Below are positions 39,283 through 47,747 of a stretch of 64,000 bases of DNA, piece by piece. Numbering within the stretch: the first letter of the stretch is position 1; every line of letters starts with the position of its first letter. Below the pieces are notes generated by a model. The model had not been told where the DNA came from and made no database searches. It saw only the letters and a program-made list of their open reading frames with translations. A program made the position numbers and the translations under genes. This DNA is from Candidatus Doudnabacteria bacterium (GTDB lineage Bacteria; Patescibacteriota; Doudnabacteria; UBA920). The stretch spans positions 18,102 to 82,101 of the forward strand of contig CAWBGV010000028.1 of assembly GCA_963788395.1 (NCBI GenBank), in the 5' to 3' direction.

Positions 39283-39404
39283 CCCATCGGGGGCCCCAAA
39301 TTTTCTCGCAATATCCAAAAGGAAAATTTGGGGAAAGGGGCATTGACCGAACGAAGCGGAGTCCGCCCGAGGCGGACGAAGCGGAGTGAGTAATAATTGA
39401 CCCG
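39283..39404 (-). repeat. tRNA-trailer repeat family, single unit
   Basis: Same architecture as 32235-32345. It abuts the CCA of tRNA-Ile. Confidence 0.9.
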
Positions 39405-39480
39405 TGGTGGGCGTGCTAGGACTCGAACCTAGGACCAATCGTGTATAAGACGACCGCTCTACCAACTGAGCTACACGCCC
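39405..39480 (-). tRNA. tRNA-Ile(UAU)
   Basis: GGGCGTG TA GCTC AGTTGGTA GAGC G GTCGT CTTATAC ACGAT TGGTC CTAGG TTCGAGT CCTAG CACGCCC A CCA. Positions 34-36 are TAT. Confidence 0.8.
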
Positions 39481-39600
39481 TTAGACCATATTATAACCGA
39501 GATCAAGCATACCTATCAAGTAGATTTATTGAGCATTTATTCCTTGAGAGATATATGATACTATAGATATACGGAAATAAAAGTAAAAGAAACAAAAATT

Positions 39601-41232
39601 GTGGAGGTTTTTCCGGTAAAAAATAACACGCGGATAAAAATACTCTGGGCGGTGCTTGGAGTTTTGATATTGCTTGTGTTGTGGTTATGGCCCGGCAAAA
39701 ATACGGCGCTTGAGCCCGTAGGCGTGAGCTCTCAAAATTTAGCCCGGTTAATTGAACCGGCCATTGTGCGCGTGGGAGTGCATGTTACCGGCCAAGCCAT
39801 AGCCGCTCCGGTCCAGTTTAGTTTAACCAATTTGTCATTTTCGGTGGGTAACGGCAGCCCGCAAACTATACCCATCGATGAATACCTCACGGGCAGCGGC
39901 TTTGTGGTTAATCCCGAAGGGTATATTATTACCAATTCCCACGTGGTTTCGCTGCAGACTATTAAAGACGAGTTCATTCAAAACGAAGCTCAGCAGATTT
40001 TTTCTAACGAAACAGCCGGACTTTCAAAAGCTCAGCTTCAGCAATTGTTTCCTGACGACCAAACCGACAGCAATTTTACGGCTTTGCTCATGCAGTACAT
40101 TACCCAGCACACCACGTTTCAGCTGCAAAGCCAGGTGGTGACGTTTGATCCCTCAACTGACCAGGAATCCATAGAAGGGCTTATGTCGACCGGCTTTCCG
40201 GTTACCGTGATTAGCGTGAATGATAATTACGATCAGGACGGCCGGGACGTGGCCTTGCTCAAAATCGCCCAAACCGGTTTGCCGGCCATTCCTTTGGGCG
40301 ACGATAGTACAGTGACTATTGGAGACAAAATTTACGTTTTTGGTTTTCCTTCCACCGCGGAAATAAATAACAGTAATCCGCTGGATGCCAGTTTAACAGA
40401 AGGAATTATTAGCGCCATTAAAGATGCGGATACGCGCGACTTTAATATTTTTCAAACGGACGCTAAAATCTCGGAAGGCTCCAGCGGCGGTCCGCTGCTG
40501 AATACCCAGGGCCAAGTTACCGGAATTATTACGTTCGAAACCGGCCCGGCGACCCAGGCTAACGGCGACAATTTTGCGTTTGCGGTGCCCATTAGCTTGG
40601 CTCAGCAGGTGCTGGATGAAAATAACATCGCCAATATTACCGGCGTTTATTACACGGCGTTTGAGCAGGGTTTGCAGTTGTACCAAGCCAACCGATGCCA
40701 GGCTGCGCTGCAATTATTTAACCAGGCCGAAGCGGCTACCAGCGGGGCGTTTGGGGTTGATAAATTTGTAAATCCGTACATTGAAGCCTGTACCACTCTT
40801 ATTCAAGAAGGACGGTCGTTAGATACTCCCCTGGAGCAGTTGGGGTATACGCTAAAAAGCGTCACTCGCGGAACTTGGTTTGTCTGGTTAGTGAGCGCGC
40901 TGGGGTTACTGGCGGCCGTGTGGCTGTTCTTTGTTTTATTTCAAAAACTTAATCGCGAGCAGGCAGAAGTATTTGCGCTGGAAACAGAGTTGGTCAGCGA
41001 GCAGGAAACAGAGCGGCGGCTGGCCGACTGGGTGGGTTTTTCCACGCTACCCACGCCCCAGCCTCAGGAAGAAACTCACGCCCATGCCCGCCAAGCGCTG
41101 AATATTCCCCATCCGCATTTAGCTGAGTTTGTCCGCCAGGCCCGGGAATACGGTATTACTGACGCGCGGATTGAGGAAGAACTGAAAACCGCCGGCTGGC
41201 CGGAAAATGAAATTAGTAATGCGTTACAGTGA
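39601..41232 (+). CDS. trypsin-like (S1C/HtrA-like) serine protease, membrane anchored
   Basis: Triad contexts ITNSHVV, DVALLKI, GSSGGPLLN. TM segments at the N-terminus and near the C-terminus. GTG start. Confidence 0.8.
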   Translation: MEVFPVKNNTRIKILWAVLGVLILLVLWLWPGKNTALEPVGVSSQNLARLIEPAIVRVGVHVTGQAIAAPVQFSLTNLSFSVGNGSPQTIPIDEYLTGSGFVVNPEGYIITNSHVVSLQTIKDEFIQNEAQQIFSNETAGLSKAQLQQLFPDDQTDSNFTALLMQYITQHTTFQLQSQVVTFDPSTDQESIEGLMSTGFPVTVISVNDNYDQDGRDVALLKIAQTGLPAIPLGDDSTVTIGDKIYVFGFPSTAEINNSNPLDASLTEGIISAIKDADTRDFNIFQTDAKISEGSSGGPLLNTQGQVTGIITFETGPATQANGDNFAFAVPISLAQQVLDENNIANITGVYYTAFEQGLQLYQANRCQAALQLFNQAEAATSGAFGVDKFVNPYIEACTTLIQEGRSLDTPLEQLGYTLKSVTRGTWFVWLVSALGLLAAVWLFFVLFQKLNREQAEVFALETELVSEQETERRLADWVGFSTLPTPQPQEETHAHARQALNIPHPHLAEFVRQAREYGITDARIEEELKTAGWPENEISNALQ

Positions 41233-41698
41233 GGCTATATGAAGATCGAGCCCGTGTATATTGCCGTAGCCGCCGTAAGTTTAGACGAAAAAATTAAGGC
41301 GCGGATGAAATTAATTACGGTAAAAAAGTTGAATGACCGGGTAACGTTGTTGCTGCACTACCAAATCCAAGCTTATCACCCCTCCCAGAGGTGGTGAGCC
41401 CTGCTTACTATAGACAACAATCAAAAAATCTGCTATACTACCTATAGAAAAGTCAATTCTTCACAGAAGAAACAAAAATAAAAATAATTGAATATGTAAG
41501 TCACACTGCGCGCAAGCGCATATATTGTCCTTACTTTTAGGATAATGGGCTAAGAGAGTCCTCTTAGCTTATAAAGCTTCTTGTGACTTTTCCTGAAAAC
41601 CTCTTTTTCCCGCCGCGACGGCGGGTTAAGGGGTTTTTATTTTTGTGAATATTAGGTAAAATACTAGAAGACCGCTACTACCGATTAATTATACATAT

Positions 41699-41977
41699 AT
41701 GGACCAAGACGATATAAAAGAACTATTCGAAGAGAAATACCAAAAAGCGCTGGGTATGAGCTACCAGGACTGGCTGGAGCAGGGGCCGCAAACCGAAGAA
41801 CAAGCCTACGCCCGCTGTATAGAAATCGATCGCGAACTTAACCGCACCTACGATGAATGGTTCGATGCCACCGGTGACAGAAAAGACGAACTGGGCGATT
41901 ACCGCGAAAAGTTAAAGAATGAGTATGATTTTATAGAAGAGGTTTTTCATTTGGAAGCGAACGATAGAAACTGGTAA
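41699..41977 (+). CDS. hypothetical protein
   Basis: 92-aa acidic ORF. Confidence 0.45.
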   Translation: MDQDDIKELFEEKYQKALGMSYQDWLEQGPQTEEQAYARCIEIDRELNRTYDEWFDATGDRKDELGDYREKLKNEYDFIEEVFHLEANDRNW

Positions 41978-42044
41978 AAAAGTCTTGACAAGATTGAGCG
42001 TAATGCTATTATATTAATAAGTATTATTAATATTTAATAAATAT

Positions 42045-42293
42045 ATGGCTGGCAATACTATTATTATTCCAATTTCGCTCCCTAAGGAGCTTGCCCAGGA
42101 ATTGGATAAAGCCGCTAAAAATCGGGCCATGACCCGTTCGGAATACGTGCGAAGTCTTTTGCGTAGACAGCTGGAATTTGCCGGATTGGAAACGGTAAGG
42201 GAGGAGTTCGCCCAGTATGCGAAAAAGGCAGGTATTAAAACTTTTAAAGATTCAGTCAAAGCCGTGCGTGAGGCTCGCAGAAAGAAAAAATAG
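42045..42293 (+). CDS. ribbon-helix-helix (CopG-like) antitoxin
   Basis: IPISLPKELAQELDKAAKNRAMTRSEYVRSLLRRQL. Confidence 0.75.
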   Translation: MAGNTIIIPISLPKELAQELDKAAKNRAMTRSEYVRSLLRRQLEFAGLETVREEFAQYAKKAGIKTFKDSVKAVREARRKKK

Positions 42294-42296
42294 GCT

Positions 42297-42698
42297 ATGC
42301 GAGTCGTACTGGATACTAACGTATTAATCTCCGCCCTGATTTCGCGTGACGGCATGCCTGGCCAAGTTTTAAATGCATGGATTGATGGCAGGTTTATTCT
42401 GATACTGTCTTCATTTATTTTAGAAGAATTTTTTAGAATTTCCGTCTATAAAATAAAATTTAACGAAGGAAAAATTCTCCGGCTTATAAATTTTTTAAAA
42501 CAGAGCTCGGAATTAGTTGAACCGGTGCAGCTTGAGGCGGGACAGGCCGATGCAAACGATTGGACGATTCTGGGAACCGCCATCGCCGGCAGCGCAGACT
42601 ATTTGGTGACTGGAGACGTAAAATTGCTAAACATCAAATATTTCCACCGTATCCAGATTATTGGCCCGGCTGAATTTTTAAGAATACTAATTAGGTAA
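42297..42698 (+). CDS. PIN-family toxin
   Basis: MRVVLDTNVLISALIS…, …YLVTGD. It lies 3 nt after the antitoxin. Confidence 0.8.
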   Translation: MRVVLDTNVLISALISRDGMPGQVLNAWIDGRFILILSSFILEEFFRISVYKIKFNEGKILRLINFLKQSSELVEPVQLEAGQADANDWTILGTAIAGSADYLVTGDVKLLNIKYFHRIQIIGPAEFLRILIR

Positions 42699-42701
42699 TT
42701 A

Positions 42702-43367
42702 ATGTTATATATTGTTGCGACTCCCATCGGGAACTTACAAGATATCAGTCTTCGTGCTATTGAGAACCTCAAAAGTTGTGCTTTTGTAATTGCTGAGAAT
42801 CCAGGATATTCAAAACGACTATTGGAGCATGTTGGAGCGTGGCCCAAAGAAATTGTTCAGTTTGCGGAATTTAATGAGCAGCAAGTAGTTAAAGAACTGG
42901 CCCGACGTTTAGTAAAAAATGACGGATGCCTAATTACTGATGCCGGTACTCCCGGGATTTCTGATCCCGGATTTCGCTTGGTGCGGGAATGTGTGAAGGA
43001 AAACGTTCAAGTTGTGCCTATTCCTGGGGCTTCGGCAGTAATAACCGCGCTCTCGGCTTCCGGCTTGCCGACGGACAGATTTTTATTTCTGGGATTTTTG
43101 CAAAAGACCGCAGCGAAGACTTTGGAAGCGCTCAAGGTTGCTGAGCAGGCCGGTGCCACCGCCGTTTTTTACGAATCGCCGGAACGGATAATTAAAACGT
43201 TAAGTTATGTTGCCAACGCCTATCCGACCAGCCAAGTCGTTGCCGCGCGTGAGCTAACTAAAATGCATGAAGAATTCATTCGCGGCACGCCAATGCAAGT
43301 TATGGATTTATTAAAAGAGAAGACGTCAATAAAAGGAGAGTTTACAGTTCTAATATCCTTTAAGTAG
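42702..43367 (+). CDS. rsmI: 16S rRNA (cytidine1402-2'-O)-methyltransferase
   Basis: LYIVATPIGNLQDISLRAIENLK, DAGTPGISDPG, FYESPERI. Confidence 0.85.
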   Translation: MLYIVATPIGNLQDISLRAIENLKSCAFVIAENPGYSKRLLEHVGAWPKEIVQFAEFNEQQVVKELARRLVKNDGCLITDAGTPGISDPGFRLVRECVKENVQVVPIPGASAVITALSASGLPTDRFLFLGFLQKTAAKTLEALKVAEQAGATAVFYESPERIIKTLSYVANAYPTSQVVAARELTKMHEEFIRGTPMQVMDLLKEKTSIKGEFTVLISFK

Positions 43368-43438
43368 TCTGCCTATTTATGGGCTAACGAAGTTGTTGCC
43401 CATAAATGGGCAAACTACAATAATCATAATATATAGTC

Positions 43439-44152
43439 ATGTCCGGTCATTCCAAGTGGTCACAAATCAAACGTACTAAAGGTGTTCTCGATCAAAAGCG
43501 GGGATTGCTGTTTTCCAAGTTATCTAAAAAAATTTCTATCGCCGTTAAAGAAGGTGGTAGTAACGATCCAGTTGCTAATTTTCGGCTAAAAAGCGCGATT
43601 GAATACGCTAAGGCGCAAGGCATGCCGAATGACAACATCGACCGCGCTATAAAAAACACCGCCAATGCCGGAGAAATTAAAGAGGTGGTTTACGAAGGCT
43701 ACGGCCCGTTCGGTACGGCCTTCTTAATAGAAGCTGCGACGGACAACGCCAATCGTACGACTAATAACATAAAGCACATTTTTTCCAAGCACAGCGGCAA
43801 CATGGGCGCGCAGGGGAGCGTGGCTTGGCAGTTCCAGACAAAAGGACAAATATTAGTTGAACGTGATAGGCAAGATTTAACTGATTTGGAATTTGCGGCT
43901 ATAGACGCCGGCGCAGAAGATGTCCGCGAATCTACCGAAGGCTTAGAAGTTTATACCTTACCTCAAGATTTACACAAAATAAAGGATGCTTTAACTAAAG
44001 CCGGTGCAAAAATTGCGCAAGCCGATATTATAAAGGAATCGTCGCAGGGAACAGATCTTTTGGAAGACCAGAAACCAAAAGTTGACGCGCTGTTCGCGGA
44101 ATTGGAGAACGACGAAGATGTGATCGCCGTCCATACGTCGGCAAATTTATAA
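43439..44152 (+). CDS. YebC/PmpR family DNA-binding transcriptional regulator
   Basis: MSGHSKWSQIKRTKG…, YEGYGP. Confidence 0.9.
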   Translation: MSGHSKWSQIKRTKGVLDQKRGLLFSKLSKKISIAVKEGGSNDPVANFRLKSAIEYAKAQGMPNDNIDRAIKNTANAGEIKEVVYEGYGPFGTAFLIEAATDNANRTTNNIKHIFSKHSGNMGAQGSVAWQFQTKGQILVERDRQDLTDLEFAAIDAGAEDVRESTEGLEVYTLPQDLHKIKDALTKAGAKIAQADIIKESSQGTDLLEDQKPKVDALFAELENDEDVIAVHTSANL

Positions 44153-44159
44153 AATTTTT

Positions 44160-44663
44160 ATGTTTATATTAGGCATCGATCCTGGTACCGCGACTACCGG
44201 TTATGGAATCATCAGTCCGACTAATAAATCAGGTGAGTACGAGCTCATTGATTTTGGCGCGATTTTGACGAAGAAAAATTTGAGCGATGCCGAGCGGCTG
44301 GAAATTCTGGCCGAAGATTTGTCTAAACTGATAATAAAGTATAAGCCCGCCGCCATTGGGGTGGAAAAATTATTTTTTACTACTAATCAAAAAACAGTAA
44401 TGGCCGTATCTCAGGCCAGGGGCGCGGTGTTGCTGACTGCTCAGCAGCACAGTATTCCGATTTTAGAATTCACTCCGCTCCAGGTCAAAAACTTTATTTG
44501 CGGTTACGGTAAGGCCGAAAAGAAACAAGTTCAGTACATTGTGCAGCAAACGTTTCATTTAAAGTCTCCGCCTAAGCCGGACGATGCCGCAGACGCCCTG
44601 GCAATCGCCCTCTGTACGGTCCATCATTTTTTAAGAAATGAAAAATACTTCAAGAATAAATAA
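44160..44663 (+). CDS. ruvC: crossover junction endodeoxyribonuclease RuvC
   Basis: ILGIDPGTATTGYGI, …DDAADALAIALC. Confidence 0.9.
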   Translation: MFILGIDPGTATTGYGIISPTNKSGEYELIDFGAILTKKNLSDAERLEILAEDLSKLIIKYKPAAIGVEKLFFTTNQKTVMAVSQARGAVLLTAQQHSIPILEFTPLQVKNFICGYGKAEKKQVQYIVQQTFHLKSPPKPDDAADALAIALCTVHHFLRNEKYFKNK

Positions 44664-44859
44664 AATGTGTATAACTGTGAGGAAAATTACTGGACAATAA
44701 GTAGCCAATCAGTATAATTACCATATGTCAGTTGAAGTAGTCTCAAAACTTGCTTTGGAGCCGAAATTCTGCGATTACGGCCCGAATGAAGTTTTGAGAC
44801 TACTTCGGGTTTAAGCATTAAAATTATCTTTACTTCGGTAAAGAAGCAAAGGAATTATT

Positions 44860-44976
44860 ATGGACGACACACAACCTATGGCCAACGCGCCGCAAGACGA
44901 CGTTACCACAGAAGGCCAAGAACCGATGGAAACTCCTGCCGAAGGCACTGAGCCCAAAGAAGACGAAGCTATGTAG
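44860..44976 (+). CDS. small acidic hypothetical protein (38 aa)
   Basis: SD aaggaa, then MDDTQPMANAPQDDVTTEGQEPMETPAEGTEPKEDEAM*, followed at once by a strong terminator. Confidence 0.35.
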   Translation: MDDTQPMANAPQDDVTTEGQEPMETPAEGTEPKEDEAM

Positions 44977-44980
44977 CAAA

Positions 44981-45012
44981 AAGACTCCTTAGATTCTAAG
45001 GAGTCTTTTTTT
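44981..45012 (+). terminator. rho-independent terminator
   Basis: aagactcctta / taaggagtctt stem followed by a T-run. Confidence 0.8.
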
Positions 45013-45156
45013 ATTGTAGGAGATAATATACGACACGTGTCGTTGTGACTCTGTCATTGCGAGCGGAGCGAAGCAATCTCAGCTACGAATCACGGACAGA
45101 GATTGCTTCGGCCCAAGTTAATCTAAGGATGGCCTCGCAATGAAATGACAGGATGC

Positions 45157-46329
45157 TTAGCTTTTTATCTTCACAAATTTTCTTTTCCCAACCTGTAAAA
45201 CTATCTCCGCCCCGGCTTCTAGTTGTATATTCTGTTCCGACACCGTCTGCTGATTCATTTTAATGCCTTTTTGATCAAACAATCGACGAGCGTCGGATTT
45301 GCTCGAAGCAAGCCCGGTATCTGTCACTAGTTGAATCACCGAGTACGTCCCCGGCTTCATTTTTTTTACTGCAATTTCTTCGGGTAATTCGCCTTTGCTG
45401 AACTGGGCAATAAAGGCCTGCTTGGCCTCGGCCGCTTTGTTAGCACTATGATATAAGGCGGTTATTTTTTCGGCTAAAATAAGTTTTTGGTCGCGGGGGT
45501 TGTTATTTTGGGAAATAATAGTCTGGATTTCTTCCAGCGGAACGCGTGTGGCCAAGAATAAAAAATTTTTTTATTAAGCCGTCATTAATAGACATTACTT
45601 TACCGAACATGTCGTTAGGCTCATCGGTAATATTAATCACGTTTCCCCAGCTGGATGACATTTTTCGGCCATCAGTCCCTTCCATCAGCACTGTCATAAG
45701 TATGTCTTGCGGAGCCTGTTGGTAGGCCGGCTGGATGGTTCTGCCGGCCAATAAATTAAAGCGCTGGTCGGTACCGCCTAATTCTACGTCGGCTTTAACC
45801 GCAACGGAATCGTAGCCTTGCATAATCGGATAGAGCAGTTCCCGAAGCGAAACCCGCTTACCGGCTTTTAACCGGAGGGCGATGTTTTCGCGGGCTTCAA
45901 ATTCGGGTGCAGCCCAAATAAATTAGCCATCCGGCCGATCTCGATAAAGCCTAATTTTTTAAGCCATTCTGAATTATAGTGGGTCTCGGTCTTTTTTTTA
46001 TCAAGTATTCTAAAAGCCTGCTCAAAGTACGTTTTGAGATTTTTTTTAATTTCCGCTTCACTGAGCATGGGACGTTCGGCGTCTTTATCGGAAGTGTCGC
46101 CAATCAGCCCGGTAAAATCTCCTACTATAAAGATAACCTTATGACCGAGTTCCTGGAACTGCCGCAGTTTCCACAAAACTACTGCCCGACCAATATGGAT
46201 ATTGGGGCTGGTGGGGTCTATACCCAGCTTTACTCTTAATTTTTTCTTGCCATTAAGCAATTGCCGCAAGTGGTCTTTTTCTATGACTTCATCCACGCCG
46301 CGGGTAAGGAGTTCGTCTATGGGGTTCAT
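45157..46329 (-). CDS. tyrS: tyrosine--tRNA ligase, two apparent frameshifts
   Basis: HIGR (HIGH motif), GGTDQRFN, KMSSS (KMSKS), C-terminal S4-like domain. Pieces: 45868-46329, 45503-45823 and 45157-45555. The shifts lie near 45913-45918 and 45548-45572. Confidence 0.9.
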
Positions 46330-46876
46330 ATGATTATATAATATCAGTTTTTTATGAACCCTTCCAACCGATCCACTTGACAACTCTTCCTAAACCCTTT
46401 AATATAACTAAGGATTTAGAAATTAAATCTTGGAGATTAAAAAAGGCATAACACCGCTAGTCCAATTTTACTCTTATGTAAGCCAAATCTGCTAACGCAG
46501 AAGGTTGATTATAAGGGGTCCGCCAATAGGTGGAAAACTAGGACACTTCAAGTAAGAAACTTGGGTGTTTTTTTAGCCCCTAATTTCCAACACTGCTCTT
46601 TAACAGCTGAATAGTGATTAGAATTTTGTACAAAACCATCGCGTCTCAATTATTTAAACCAATTGAGATGTGAAAACCCGAAAATTTCCGTCCCGGAAAT
46701 CTCGGGGTAAAGTTACGTCAATTTACTAGAGTTCAATGATAATTTATAAGCTTTAATAATTGAGCTTTTCCCAAATCAATTATGCCAGATTTGTATCATT
46801 TTGGTACGGATCGAACCGGATACTATAGATTCCGTTTGGTTAATTCCAAACACCAAGAATTTATTTATCTTTTATA

Positions 46877-46920
<44 letters not shown>

Positions 46921-47623
46921 GACATGCAAGTCGAGTGGGTTTAGACCCACGGCGAACGGGTGAGTAATACCTAGGAATGTCCTTTAAGTTGAGCATATCC
47001 CATCGAAAGATGGTGCAATACTCAATGTGAACAGTGCAAGCACTGTAGATCCCGTTACTGGAATTTACAACGCTTGCGTTTTTAAAGTCGCAAGACGCTT
47101 AAAGCGCAGCCTGGGCACCATCAGCTAGTTGGTAAGGTAATGGCTTACCAAGGCTATGACGGTTAGGGGCCCCGAGAGGGGAAACCCCCACACTGGAACT
47201 GCGACACGGTCCAGACTCCTACGGGAGGCAGCAGTTTGGAATTTTGGACAATGGGCGAAAGCCTGATCCAGCGACGCCGCGTGGACGATGAAGGCCTTCG
47301 GGTCGTAAAGTCCTTTTGCTCGGGAACAATTTTTGAGCGTACCGAGAGAATAAGAGGTTGCTAACTCTGTAAGCCCACACAGGTGGGTTGGTGCAGAGAG
47401 GGTGTAGTAATACATCCTAAGAAAATTTCGCTATATGCTGGAACACCTTGTAAGTTCTGTAGTACTTCCAAAAGAAGTGACAATCTACAGGAAACCCAAA
47501 AAAACGCACCGCTGCGTATAAGGGTTGCAAGACAATCAGCAGGCAATCCTGACGTAAATTTTTGGAAAAAAGAAAACGGAGACAGCCAGTAGCTATCCCC
47601 GTCATGTATTTGGTTTTTGGTTA

Positions 47624-47695
47624 TCATCGGTCAGCGGTTCTATACAAGATGCCGACTACCCCTACGATTACAGTAATTACGATAATCAACCACAT
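47624..47695 (-). CDS. 23-aa hydrophobic peptide encoded antisense within the 16S insertion
   Basis: aaggagg, 7 nt, ATG, MWLIIVITVIVGVVGILYRTADR*. Its stop overlaps (ATGA) the start of the 88-aa ORF 47361-47627. Confidence 0.4.
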   Translation of the reverse strand: MWLIIVITVIVGVVGILYRTADR

Positions 47696-47718
47696 ATTTC
47701 ATCCTCCTTGAACCGTTT

Positions 47719-47747
47719 AAGATAACACAAGTGGATGATCAAGTCAA
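47719..47747 (-). promoter_or_regulatory. sigma70-type promoter for the antisense peptide cassette
   Basis: On the minus strand: TTGACT, 17 nt, TATCTT, about 20 nt upstream of the SD. Confidence 0.45.

Noticed and set aside
41239-41397. 52-aa ORF (MKIEPVYIAVAAVSLDEKIKARM…) vaguely resembling the N-terminus of RibD-C/DHFR-like reductases.
   Set aside because: It is too short and the similarity too weak to call a gene or a remnant.
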